DNA of 64,000 bases, taken from positions 744,001-808,000 of the forward strand of contig VRMN01000006.1 in assembly GCA_008690995.1 (NCBI GenBank), given 5' to 3'. The notes under the pieces are model-generated. The model saw only the letters and a list, made by a program, of their open reading frames with translations, did not search any database and was not told where the DNA came from. The position numbers and the translations under genes were made by a program. Positions within the stretch are counted from its first letter, which is position 1, and each line of letters opens with the position of its first letter. Shown piece by piece: positions 10,730-21,760 of the stretch. Source of the stretch: Porphyridium purpureum (lineage: Eukaryota).

Positions 10730-11272
10730 TCAAGTCGACTTGAGATTATTCGATATCCACGAAAGACCCTCCTCTAGACCCGTGCCTTTCAAGGCCGAGG
10801 TTCCAATTATTGTCCACGTCCGATCCTGCAACCGATTGACGCCCATGGCCTCCGCAACATCTGCCACCTCCATAGCCTCTGGCGCGTCCTGCTTGTTCGC
10901 GAAGATGCAGACGATCGCGTCTTCCAGCTCCTCCTCCTCAAGCAAAGACGCCAGTTCTGACTGCGCAATCGACATGCGGTCGCGATCCGTGCTGTCCACG
11001 ACGAAGATCACCGCTTCCTGGCGCTGGTAGTACGACCTCCAGTATGGGCGAATGCTAGCCTGTCCGCCTAGATCCCACACTTGCATGCTAATGTTGTTGA
11101 ACTCGAGCGTTTCCACGTTGAACCCAATGGTGGGCACGGTTTTGATGTGCGCGCCGTCTTTCAGCCGATAAAGGATCGACGTCTTTCCCGCATTGTCCAG
11201 GCCGAGCATCAGGATCCGAACTTCTCTGCTCCCGAACAGCGACGCCAGCAGGCTCGAGAACACGCCCCCCAT
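10730..11272 (-). CDS. ARL1: ARF-like GTPase ARL1
   Basis: MG myristoylation start at 11272, [36 protein letters not shown]. Confidence 0.93.
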   Translation of the reverse strand: MGGVFSSLLASLFGSREVRILMLGLDNAGKTSILYRLKDGAHIKTVPTIGFNVETLEFNNISMQVWDLGGQASIRPYWRSYYQRQEAVIFVVDSTDRDRMSIAQSELASLLEEEELEDAIVCIFANKQDAPEAMEVADVAEAMGVNRLQDRTWTIIGTSALKGTGLEEGLSWISNNLKST

Positions 11273-11911
11273 ACTGTCCAACGGGCGCTACCCCTCGCTC
11301 CTCAACCAACACGCACGCTCCCTTTCGGCCGCCGCACCCCAAGCCCCACGAACTCCGCCGCCCACGCCCCGACGATCCGCCAACGCAGACCGCGCGTGCA
11401 ACAGTCGCGACGTGTCACGCGCGTTTCGCCGAGTCCTCGTGCTGCTGAGCCGCCCGGCTCGCGCGAAGGCTTCCAAGAGACACGATTCCCGCGGCAAGCT
11501 CTTACCCCCCCTTTTTGCGGACGCGTCTCCGCCTCGCGCGCCGCCGCTGCTGTTGCCGCCACCGCCGCAGTCACGTCCCCCCCCGCTGCTCGCTGCGCAA
11601 CCACCCCGCAACGATGCCCACACGCACACGAACGCTTCAAGACTCGTCCCAACCCTAACGACCTCACAAACCCTAATTGGGAAGCAGTTCGCATGACTCT
11701 TGTTTATTGAGAAGCTGGACAACAAGGAGCGTCTATAGCCTCCTCGCTCCCTTGCGATATAAGGCCTGCGCGCCGCGCGGAATCGCCACGCGCTAGCGCT
11801 GGTGTTCTCTTCGCGCTCGCTTTCTTCCGGCCTTCCTCTTTCTCTTGTGTTACTCGGATTTCAAATGTCCCTCTTATTTTCATTTCTCACTCTCACGCAC
11901 GAATACATCGA

Positions 11912-12931
11912 TCAGCCCTTCTTCCCTTGCTGCATCTTGGCCCGCGGAGACAACAGGCTCGACTCTGGGACAGCGGCACGGTTCGATGAGACGAGCTTGT
12001 TCAGGCCTTGGTGCTCTCCGTCCTGCAAGCGCGCGCTGGCCCGCTTCGAAAAGGTGCTCTCTTGCACCGGCGTCGACGCCTTGCCTGGTGACTTTACGGG
12101 CGACGTCACCCTTGGCGCGCCTCCACTGCTGCTGCTTTTGGCCTTGGATGCAGGGGGCGATGCAATTCTGCCGCTTAGCCTGCCGCTGAGTCGCCCGCTT
12201 CCGGGTGCCTTGGGGCTCAACACACCACCGCCAACAAAACGTCCGCTTTCCCGCTTCGCCAGCGTGCCGCTTGTTTTCTTTGCGAGGATGACCTCCTCGC
12301 GCTCCGAGTTGACCGGCACGAGCTTCAGTGAGTGGGCCGTGCACGTGGTGATCTTGGACACGGTGCCATCGTCTGCCCAGCCCATCGCGCGCGTGCGCCC
12401 AATGAAGCCGTCGCATTTCTGGCAGAAGATCAGCAGCTCGGCCGCGTCGTTGCCGCTGTACTTTTTTTCCACCGAGCCGTGGATGGCGCCCTCGGGGAAC
12501 ACCGGGAAGCCGTGCTCCTTGGTGAGCACCTCGTCCAGGTCCGACACCTTGAAGAGTTCCTGGCCGCACCCCTTGCAGCAGAAAATGCCGTGCGTGACTC
12601 GCTTATTGAGAAGCTGGAACTCGTGGTCGAACGGGCGGCCCATCTTGTAGTTCCTGAGGCAGTCAAAGCTCTTTTCGTCGAGAATGGTAGCCCACGTGCC
12701 CTTTGTGGCCCACACCTTACTGGGGTCCAAGTCCGCCGGGCGGACCAAATGCTTCAACGCCTTTTCATCCGCGTGGCCCGCCTTCAAGCTGTGAAACTCG
12801 GACGGCGCCGGCTTGAGCACGGGGCCCTTCTTTTCCTCGATGTCCGGCACGGGCTCGTCCAGCAGCAGCGCGCCCAGCTCGCGCATCGACCCGCCCAGCC
12901 CCTTGGTCGTCTGCTTTGCCAGGCTCGACAT
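11912..12931 (-). CDS. Divergent MsrB/SelR-fold zinc protein with Ser/Arg-rich tail
   Basis: WATIL...LR...RPF...GIFCCKGCGQELF...HGFPVF...IFCQKCDGFIG...TCTAHSLKLVP follows MsrB spacing; ATG 12931. Confidence 0.65.
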   Translation of the reverse strand: MSSLAKQTTKGLGGSMRELGALLLDEPVPDIEEKKGPVLKPAPSEFHSLKAGHADEKALKHLVRPADLDPSKVWATKGTWATILDEKSFDCLRNYKMGRPFDHEFQLLNKRVTHGIFCCKGCGQELFKVSDLDEVLTKEHGFPVFPEGAIHGSVEKKYSGNDAAELLIFCQKCDGFIGRTRAMGWADDGTVSKITTCTAHSLKLVPVNSEREEVILAKKTSGTLAKRESGRFVGGGVLSPKAPGSGRLSGRLSGRIASPPASKAKSSSSGGAPRVTSPVKSPGKASTPVQESTFSKRASARLQDGEHQGLNKLVSSNRAAVPESSLLSPRAKMQQGKKG

Positions 12932-13455
12932 CGCTCCTTCCCCACTCACCCTACGCGTCCACCCTTCCACCCTCTTCCCACTCCTCTCTCTCTCTCTCTC
13001 TTTTCACCTCTCCCTCTCTTCCCTTCCTCTCCAAAAATCCCCCCCTTCCGAATACCGAAAAAGCAGACACCCCATTTTTTTTCTTCCCCTTTTCCAATTC
13101 CTATTCCCTTCCTTCCGCAAACTGTACCTCCGACCTTATTAATAAAACAGTCTCGATTTACTAGCATCACAGATGTGGGTACTGTGTCTGTGAAGTTATT
13201 TTGGGGCCTGAGGGGTTAAGGGCCTCGTGCAGCAGGGGACGGGGGATGATGAACTGTCTGCGCTTTGGTGCTGGTTGGTTTGTTTGTTCTTGTGTGTCTT
13301 GCTTTTTGTTTTTTGATGGATCCGATGCGGCGCTTCATGGCAAGACGCTGCCGACTGATCAGACGCTTCGCGCAGTGTCCGTCACAAAAACCTATGAAAA
13401 ACACATCAAACCGTATGCAGCCCATATGGAGTCCAGTTCCGCGGACACGCTGGTA

Positions 13456-14845
13456 CAGTAAGTGACAATCAATTAAAAACACCCGCTGTTTTGCATATTT
13501 TCTATGAAAATAGGTAATTTTAGAATAAAATTGAAGAAGGTCGACCTTTCGGTGACCGTGCGAGCGTCCAAACGATTAAAAACAGTGCAGTCAAACACAC
13601 ATTCCAGGGGTCATAGAGCATGGACAGGAGCGCTCGGCGCGATTTCATCAGGAGCACAGCAACGTTTTTCAGTGGACAAGAGCCCAGCATGATTGGTGGC
13701 GTGGTTACGGAGGAATGCATGATGCGGGTGATCACGAATTGACTATCGAGATTTTGCTCCGTTCCATTAGTACAAAGGTATTTGAATAGCCTCAAAACGG
13801 AAAGCAAATGGAGACCCGATCAGAATGACGCAAGAATAACATCCAAACCGCACCCAAAGCTTGAAAATGTCCCAAAGCAAGGCCTTCTTTTGCAGCGTTT
13901 TTGGTTCGCACAGAACTGTAATCAGCATGTGCCGAGCCAATTTCAGCGCAACGCACCAGACTTGGAACCAGAAATAAGCGCACGTGCGAGACGAAGACGA
14001 CCATACCAGCTTTGGAGAACTGTCATGGACACACACAAAATGAATGAGTTGTTTTTACTGCTGAAAACAGAGAAAAACTTGCAAGTGTTATTTACGGACC
14101 TAAAAGGCTCGAATTGGAGGGTTCTGATGGTGTCCTCTTCTCTTAGGGAGGGTCAGAGCTTATCCCAGTCAACCATTTCATCTGTACGTTCGGTGCACAC
14201 AGCTTGATAACTTGGGAGTGCCAACCGCACCCGAAAATTTAGACTTCTCCTTCGCATGCGACCATCGTATCCCTATTGAGAGGAGCGCAAGAAGCGTGAA
14301 CATGTTGGACAGATTTCGGGTGAATATGAGAGCCGTAAAAAAGCTCAGTTGCTTCATGTTTATGTTGCTCTATGTAGCTTGCCTCAAGGCAGAGCAAACC
14401 TGATACCGATTGAAAAGCAAATATGTGGAAGCTAGAGATAGTCCTGCGCTCCCGCGAGACTTGGATTCAATTGACCATGTTCGGAGACATGTAATAGGCC
14501 ACGTTTACGGTGAATTCCAGCAGTTTTATAGCGTGAAAGAGCTGCGAACGGCAGATTAGGACGCCCTGGCGAAAATGGAGGGCTCCTGCGTCACAGGCTC
14601 GCGTGACAGTGTGTCAAAGGGACTCGTTGGAAAGGTCTTGGGCCAAGGAAGGACGTGGCGCTTTCAGAACTCGCTTTTACTCTTCACTGCTGCGGTAAAC
14701 TCTCTGAACTTGCTCTGTTTTTAATCGTTTGTCACTTTCCCTTCGCGCGTAAAATCTCTACTTCAACGAGTTTGTACTAAATTTACCATGTTTTGTTATA
14801 AAAGGTAACGACTAGCGGGTGTTTTTAATTGATTGTCACTTGCTG
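13456..14845 (+). mobile_element. Tc1/mariner DNA transposon relic with intact TIRs and TA target duplication
   Basis: 32-bp TIRs CAG(T/C)AAGTGACAATCAATTAAAAACACCCGCT at 13456-13487 and 14814-14845 (1 mismatch), flanked by TA on both sides; degenerate transposase fragment SPALPRDLDSIDHV...VYGEFQQFYSVKELRTA near 14440-14560. Confidence 0.92.
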
Positions 14846-14881
14846 TACACAAATCGCTTATCACCTTATCACTTAAACTCC

Positions 14882-14993
14882 TTATCGGGTTATCGGGTTA
14901 TCAGCTTCGGTGAATGGGTTAATGGGTTATCGGGTAAATGGGTTATCGGGTTATTGACTAATTGGGTTATTGGTTTCAATGGATTTAGTGGTT
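14882..14993. repeat. Degenerate 8-bp tandem repeat (TTATCGGG/TTAATGGG), telomere-like
   Basis: About a dozen imperfect G-rich units just right of the Tc1 TIR. Confidence 0.8.
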
Positions 14994-15668
14994 TGAACGT
15001 GAGGAGGAACGAGAGGCGGCGCGGCCGAGGGCAAAGCCAGTGGCGACGGAGGCCACCGCGGTGAGCACAAGCAGGCGTTTCACGTCGCGCTCGATCTTGG
15101 CGCACTCGGCGAGAATCGGGGTCTGCACGCCTTCGACAAAGGGGTTGAGCGCTGGCGTGATAAACGGCTCCAGCCGCTCGAGCGCTTGCTGCACCGCCGC
15201 GTCGTCGTCGGTGTCGGCGCTCGTGCTCTGGATAGACGACGCGTACGACGCGTGCAGTGACGACTTGCCGTTGAAGTAGTCGATGATCATCGTCCCGCAA
15301 AATTCGCCGCGCGCTCGAAGCTCGGGCGCCACGAGCTTCACCTGGTTGTTGTAGTCCTTCAGAAACTGCCGCTGAAACCGGCGCTCCGCGGCAATCAAGC
15401 CACGAGAATCCTTCCGAAGCCTTCACGGCATGCATTCACCACGGAAAAAGCACGACAGAGAAAAGCATCACGGCGTGTTGGATAAGAGACAGACAAATCC
15501 CGGTCCACAACAAAGTCGGTCAGCCAAAGATTCCATGATCAAAACTGTCACAGACACCACCGCACACTTCAGGCCCGCTGGCACGTACCTATGCACTAGA
15601 AAAGGAGGCAGGAAGGATTCCAACTTATTTACCGCCCATCGGATGACGGATGGCCACCTCTTCACCAT
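14985..15668 (-). CDS. Hypothetical tail-anchored protein, two exons (15668-15589 and 15420-14985; intron 15588-15421)
   Basis: GTACGT donor, GCTGAC branch-like motif and AG acceptor join MVKRWPS...FLVH in frame to RLRKDSRGLIAAERRF; C-terminal hydrophobic helix; 171 aa. Confidence 0.5.
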
Positions 15669-17394
15669 GATAATGAACCCGTCGAAGAACCGAAGCGTGC
15701 CGCAGAGCTCATCACTTGCTGGTCCGTGCGACTGGCCTCCTGCGCGTCCACGTACCGCGTCTTCGGGGCGCCCTTCGTGTCCGCTGCTCCTTCTACCGCG
15801 TCACTCGTCACACCGGTTGCGCAGACAGCCACGCCAGCGGCGGCAACTTCCGTTGCTGGACGACGATCAAAAAGTGCCCGCTTCACCGCGACACCTTTCC
15901 ATGTCCCCGTCCAAACATGACGTTAAGGCGCGTGTCGCATTTAGACGTCGCGCGTAGTCGCGAGTAAGAAGCAAACCGGCATTCTGTGCATGACAGACGG
16001 CGCTGTGCAACGAGACGCTCCGCATGGCAACATGCATCGGGTCTGATTTGACTGGCCAGACTCCAAACTTGGAGGGGCGATGAGACGATGCAGCAAGGAC
16101 ACGGCGAACGCACCGGCGGTTGCGGCGGATATGAGTCTCAGCAAGCGGCAGCCGAAATGACAGGACGCAAAAAGAGGCGCAGACTAGCGCACCGAATAGC
16201 AGCGTGCTGATACAATGCCGCGCTCGATTTGTATCCACACTCAAGGTAAAGGCCACACACCGAAAGGCGGTGATGTCGGCTGGGCGAGAGAAACTTGCTA
16301 AAGCGAAAAGATGTGATACTTGAGCAGGATGAATAACACGATGATGATGCCGACAAGGATGTCACAAGAGAGCTAGAACAGCTGCCTGCAGATGATTCGT
16401 GCATGCGCCGCGGCTCCAAAATCGGCTTCGAAACTGAGGCTACCAGTCGTCGGCGAATATGCTCCACGCATGGCGTCAAGAATGCAGCACGGGCCGGCCG
16501 CACCGCAGCTTGATCCAGTGTGGTACTGACGAGCCTTGAACAAAACCACCAGCGAATGGTGCTCACTGTCCCACCCGCCGTGGACGGCGATGGTACAGCT
16601 GTTCATGTCCAGAAGAAAACGAAGGGAGAGACGACGAAGTATTTCTTCTCAAACTCAATGACGTTAACGGCGCGCACGTTGTACGAAGGGCCCGTGAATC
16701 ACATTCTCGCGGCCGAGGCATTTGCGTCAGACTACGGTTCTTGCAAGGTGATGGTGAGGAGTTTGAGACCGACATTACGCGCGGTGATATCAGTTGTGTT
16801 GCGTGCGGCACCATCGCTGAAGAACACCACACTGTCGCGGAAGTTCCGTTTCTGGAGGATGAGCGCAGCAGCAGCTCAGAGATTGTATAGCACATGCGTG
16901 CAGACGGGCGTCCGGCAGGCGGAATCACCTCGCACGGCATGTCCCGCAAGAGACAGGACGTCACCGTCGAAAACGGGCGCCGCATCATTCAAACGTTCGC
17001 TTCAAGGTTTTGCCCTCATCCAACACATGTTGAGCCTCTGGTCAGTACGGACTGGCAATTGATTGAGAAAAGCTTTTAAAAGGGGCGGTCTGTGAACACG
17101 GTGTGTTTCGTCTAAATCTACGTGATGTGCTGCATGCACGAGAAAACCGTACATGCTAATCGAAATTCTAGGACATTCTAAATCTGAACTGATTCGAGCA
17201 TGCCAGGGCATTCATGCAACTGAATCGGACCTTTCGGTTCCACCCGCATGTGGAGGACCCATCAAGTTTCGCACGCGGCTACTCTGAACAGCTCGAATTT
17301 GGTAGCGACGAGCAGTCTCAACAAGTGGGCACCGGTGCGACAAATATGAAGCCAGAATGGGTGACACACGGACGACGGCCAGTCAGACCTGCGG

Positions 17395-19200
17395 TTACGT
17401 TTTCGGCTTCTTGCCCAGGCGAGTGATTTGGTGAGGCTTGATTCCAAACCTCTTTTCCAGGAAGGGCTCAAGGCCCGCATGGTGACCGCCTACAATCAGC
17501 TCTTTTTCTTGCACGCTAACCTGACAAGCAAAGTGATGGCGAAGCTCCTTCTCGAACTCGGCAGGCTTCTCTAGGTGCTCTACGAGTCCTAGCACGGTAG
17601 TCCGGTTCTTGTTCTGGACTCTGCCATAATTGATTGTAATTTTCTTTGGCCCTGACTTTTTCTTGCCCTTCTGCTCGATCAGAATGTGCTGTGCTTGCTG
17701 CGACATGCCGTCCGCGCCAACAGGACGCAGAAATCGCTCCTGGTCGTAGAGCAGCAGCGCGTCTGCCATTCGGTTCACACCCGTGATAAAAAACTTGCCA
17801 TTCCCCGGGACGTCTTCGCGCACATCCACGAACGACGACACAGGACCTTCACGCAAGAAAGTCGCACATTTCTTGTACTGGGTCTTTTTCCAATCTATCG
17901 TCCAATCCGGGCACCCAGCGTTGGTGGCGACAATGCTGCACACCGGCTTCAGAAAATTCGCCGAAAATGTAGACAATAGTAATGGAAACGCGACCTTTTC
18001 GTCCAGCGCCGTGATAAGCGCGCCAAGGACAACAAGCTCCGTGAGCTCGTCGTCGCTGAACTGCGGCTTGGTGTTCCCAATCTCGAGCGGCGTGCTTTCT
18101 GCGCGATCAACTGCTTCGTCATTACCCGAGTCAGACTCCGCTTCTGTGTTCGGCGTTTCTGCTGGAGATGGCGGTGTGTGACCCGAACCGAGCTGAACGT
18201 TTAGAAACTCGAGTCGAGCTTCCAGCTCCTCTATTTGCTTCTGCAGGTCAGGGACCGATTCCACTTTCCGTCTCTGGTCTGCATTCAGCGAGGCCAAGTC
18301 TCTTGACTGTAACTCCAACGCACTCTTCAGTGTCTTGCGCCGGTTTCGAATTCGATTCGGAATTTCAGTGGCCTCAGCAGCTGCCATCTCGTGATGCCTC
18401 TCCGCCTCACTCCTCGCAAATGCTGCTCGGCTTGCCTGATCGCGCGCCGCTGCTCGCGCCAAAGCCTGCTGAGATAATTCGGGCAGCTCGCTCGAGTCAG
18501 ATTCTTTAGGTCGCAGTTTGGAGCCCAACGACCAGACCCAATCACATTCTGCTAGCAAAATATCCATCGCGTCGCCATGCAGTCCGCTAAGACTCCTGAC
18601 ATGGTCTGCCGAGCGCGTGAAAGCAGCGACCGCAAACGGAACGTGACTGCCGACTTCGCACAAGGCGACAAGGTCCCCGACCTCGAACAAGAAGCCAAAC
18701 ACGTTCGCGACCCAGTCTTTCCCGTATGCTGGCGGCGCACCGACAGCGCCGACGTCAGCTGCAGCGGCATCGGCTTCCCACTGTCCGGCGCCCGTGCCTT
18801 CAAACATTTGCGCCTCCGTGTACACGCCCGGAAGGAAGAACGCAGAGCCATTGCGTACGCTCTTTGCGACGCCGACAAACGTGCGCAGCGTCCTTATCAA
18901 ATGCGGCGCCTGGTGCAGCACATACAAGCTCGGCACATATTTGGCACGTGCCTTGTTCTCCACGTCGAAACACACACAGAGCGGCTGCACGTCTGTCGGC
19001 TGCGGACCGATGTGCACATACACTTCAACGTTCTTGCTGTGTCTGATACGACGCACACGCGGATGCTCAAACCCGAGCGCGGCAAGCAGTTCAGCATCGG
19101 TGGCTATCCACTGCGCACTCAGATCTGATACGAGCTTCTTCACGTCCGAGCGCTTGAGCGGGACATCATTCACTCGTTCGGGCCCACTTTTCAACTGCAT
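17395..19200 (-). CDS. EIF2D: eIF2D/ligatin-like translation factor
   Basis: PLKRSDVKKL pre-PUA start, PUA-like NGSAFFLPG, IDWKKTQYKK, C-terminal SUI1 domain NKNRTTVLGL...ELRHHFACQVSV; likely ATG 19200. Confidence 0.8.
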   Translation of the reverse strand: MQLKSGPERVNDVPLKRSDVKKLVSDLSAQWIATDAELLAALGFEHPRVRRIRHSKNVEVYVHIGPQPTDVQPLCVCFDVENKARAKYVPSLYVLHQAPHLIRTLRTFVGVAKSVRNGSAFFLPGVYTEAQMFEGTGAGQWEADAAAADVGAVGAPPAYGKDWVANVFGFLFEVGDLVALCEVGSHVPFAVAAFTRSADHVRSLSGLHGDAMDILLAECDWVWSLGSKLRPKESDSSELPELSQQALARAAARDQASRAAFARSEAERHHEMAAAEATEIPNRIRNRRKTLKSALELQSRDLASLNADQRRKVESVPDLQKQIEELEARLEFLNVQLGSGHTPPSPAETPNTEAESDSGNDEAVDRAESTPLEIGNTKPQFSDDELTELVVLGALITALDEKVAFPLLLSTFSANFLKPVCSIVATNAGCPDWTIDWKKTQYKKCATFLREGPVSSFVDVREDVPGNGKFFITGVNRMADALLLYDQERFLRPVGADGMSQQAQHILIEQKGKKKSGPKKITINYGRVQNKNRTTVLGLVEHLEKPAEFEKELRHHFACQVSVQEKELIVGGHHAGLEPFLEKRFGIKPHQITRLGKKPKT

Positions 19201-19342
19201 CGCCACGCATGCGCCTCGGTCAAACCACGTCGTCGAACGCGACTCGTCCTCTTCAACTTTCCCAGAACGACACGATTCGTTGAGCTTTGAAGTTGAGAGA
19301 GTGCGTGCGTGCGCTGGTGTGAGCGTACGTGCGTCGCGCAAG

Positions 19343-19990
19343 ATGGTCAAGACGACGTCGATACGGGGCGCTATTGTAACTCTCGATGAGCAATTCTCCG
19401 AGTCGTTCTACCAGTGGTACGCCCAGACAGGGCTGAGCACGGCGCCGCTGATTGCGCTCGAGTTTTCTGGACATGGCGTGCCGTGGTTGGTATTTTCGCT
19501 CGGCACCTTTCTGTTCAAGGAGGACCTGAGCGACGCACAGCGCTCCACAGTCGCGCACTTGTTTGTGGGATTGGTGACCGACTTGATCTTGATTGCTGTG
19601 GTGAAGCTAATTGTGCGAAGGAAGCGGCCCGTGCATGATTCCGGGAAGCAGCTGGGCTCGGTGGAGGTGATCGACAAGTTTTCGTTTCCTTCAGGTCACT
19701 GCACCCGTCTCATGTTTGTGGCAAGCTTTGCGCTCGGCTCGTATTTGAAACTGAGAGTGGGCACGCCCATGACGTGCGTTGCGTTGACAATATTGGCAAA
19801 TCTCGTCGCGGTATCGCGAATTGCGCTCGGCAGGCATTACATTGGTGATGTGATTGCTGGGACCGTGCTCGGTGTTCTGAACTCGGCACTGGTGTTTGCG
19901 ATTTGGCAACCAATCGAGAAAGTCGATTGGGTACGATCCACAATTCTTGGCAAGCTTGCCGAGCTTCCCGGTCTTTTGAAGCACGCATAA
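19343..19990 (+). CDS. PAP2 lipid/polyisoprenoid phosphate phosphatase (PLPP6-like)
   Basis: KLIVRRKRP, FSFPSGH and SRIALGRHYIGDV motifs with TM helices; ATG 19343. Confidence 0.9.
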   Translation: MVKTTSIRGAIVTLDEQFSESFYQWYAQTGLSTAPLIALEFSGHGVPWLVFSLGTFLFKEDLSDAQRSTVAHLFVGLVTDLILIAVVKLIVRRKRPVHDSGKQLGSVEVIDKFSFPSGHCTRLMFVASFALGSYLKLRVGTPMTCVALTILANLVAVSRIALGRHYIGDVIAGTVLGVLNSALVFAIWQPIEKVDWVRSTILGKLAELPGLLKHA

Positions 19991-20144
19991 TTGGCAGCTG
20001 CTCCCCCGAGTGATGACTGTAATGATGATGTTGTTGTTGGTGGATGTGGTGGTGTTGGTGATGATTGTGAGACTGAAACATACAAAAATCAGGCGCATGC
20101 CGGAAAACAGGGAAGGAAATTTTGAACTTTTTGAAATCAGCGCC

Positions 20145-21308
20145 CTACTCGGATGCTGGCGCTTCTTCAGCGCCTTGTAGAAAGCCGTTCACTGCGTCGA
20201 TAAACCCTTCCATGTTATCATTTGCGACCCAGTGCGCTGCGTTTTTCACGGAATGCATGCGATACCTTGGAAAATATTTCTGCAGTAAGGGCAGGTCGCT
20301 ATCTTGGACATAATCAGAAGTCTGACCGCGAATAACCAGCGTCGGGCCGGTGTACTGCTTCTCTGCCACCGACTTGGGAAAGTCCATCAGCGTTTTGATG
20401 GCATCATTGATCACAGGAATGTTCACGCGCCATTCGTAGAAACCCGGTCGACTTCCGTCCGACACTAGATTCGTGAGAATGAAGCTGCGAGTGGACGGGT
20501 CCACCACACCGTGCGCTTCCAGGCTCGCTTCCACGTCGGCACGGCTTTTGCAAGCTTCCAAGTCGACCAGCGCTATAGCCTGCGTGACTTTGCTGAGTGG
20601 GGTGGTATCGTACAGCTTTGGCACAATGTCCACCAGCACCAATCCTGCCACTCTTTCAGGATGCTCTAATGCCAGCATTGAACTGACCTTGCCTCCCATG
20701 CTATGCCCCATCACAATGGCCCGCGGAATGCCTTCTGAGTCCATGAACTCTTCGACGTCGCGCACCATGGCCTCGTAGCTCATTTCGGCGACCTGCGGAC
20801 TGCCTCCATGATTCCGCATGTCAAGCGCGTATACGTCGCGCGTCGACGCAAATTCTGGGCGCTTGAGCGTCGATCTGTACGTTCCAGAACTCGCGAGTAG
20901 CCCGTGGATCATGATCATCGGCGTGGGCGCACGAGCGGCCTGCGCACCGCCGCTGGACGGCGGCTGCTTGGCGGGAATTTTATAGCAGTTGAGTGGCACC
21001 ACGCACCTTGTTTCTTCGTGCGCGTCATGCCCAGCAGCCGACCCGTAGCCCCGCTTGAAACCGTCCGCTGCGGTAGTTGTCACGTTTCTCCTATGCACGG
21101 CACAGCGCCCTGCTCTGCAACAGTGCCTGTGTTGCGCATGCAGAGCCGATGCACCCGCCAAGTCTGCGCTTGGGGCGCGCCACCCCGCCGCGATCTTCGC
21201 TTCCGCATGGATACACCTCGCCGCCAATGCGGCAGCGCCCGTACCAGCCGGGGTCAGCAGCGACCGGCATGCCACAACCTTGCGCGCAGCCAAACGCGTC
21301 AAGTCCAT
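20145..21308 (-). CDS. ABHD11: ABHD11/YbfF-like alpha/beta hydrolase with mitochondrial-type presequence
   Basis: IHGLLAS, LDMRNHGGS, GHSMGGK, FILTNL, WRVN, AAHWV. Confidence 0.88.
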   Translation of the reverse strand: MDLTRLAARKVVACRSLLTPAGTGAAALAARCIHAEAKIAAGWRAPSADLAGASALHAQHRHCCRAGRCAVHRRNVTTTAADGFKRGYGSAAGHDAHEETRCVVPLNCYKIPAKQPPSSGGAQAARAPTPMIMIHGLLASSGTYRSTLKRPEFASTRDVYALDMRNHGGSPQVAEMSYEAMVRDVEEFMDSEGIPRAIVMGHSMGGKVSSMLALEHPERVAGLVLVDIVPKLYDTTPLSKVTQAIALVDLEACKSRADVEASLEAHGVVDPSTRSFILTNLVSDGSRPGFYEWRVNIPVINDAIKTLMDFPKSVAEKQYTGPTLVIRGQTSDYVQDSDLPLLQKYFPRYRMHSVKNAAHWVANDNMEGFIDAVNGFLQGAEEAPASE

Positions 21309-21760
21309 TGCAGCTCACGTGCGCTCCCTCCAACTCTGGCACGAGCCGTTCCCACGCAGAACAATGTGAACGCGCTGCGTCGCTCGCCAGGAGAGAGCTG
21401 ATGATGATCGGAGTCCGGATCTACGACACGGCGCTAACCCGCAGCTACTGCCACCACCGCCAACACCGTCGTCGTCGCCGCCGTCGCCACCTTCTCCAAG
21501 CCCAACCAGCCAGCCCATCATCCACACGCGCGCGGCTCGACAACCGTGAAAACGCGCTTTTCCCCCGGGGAGGTACAGTGGCAATGTACAGTTTACTTAC
21601 TATAAAAGATGCGTTATTTGTATATAAAGAGCGATTTCGGCACACGCGTTATTTGAGAAAGTGGCGTGCGTGCTTGAGCGGGAGACGAACAAGAAGAGGA
21701 GGAAGACGAAGAACGCAGGTGTTGTGACGGCGTTTGTGATCAGATGGGTCTAGAGAAGGA

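Noticed and set aside
18794..19342. Long apparent overlap of the PAP2 and eIF2D ORFs
   Set aside because: With ATG starts at 19200 and 19343 the genes are simply divergent, 142 bp apart
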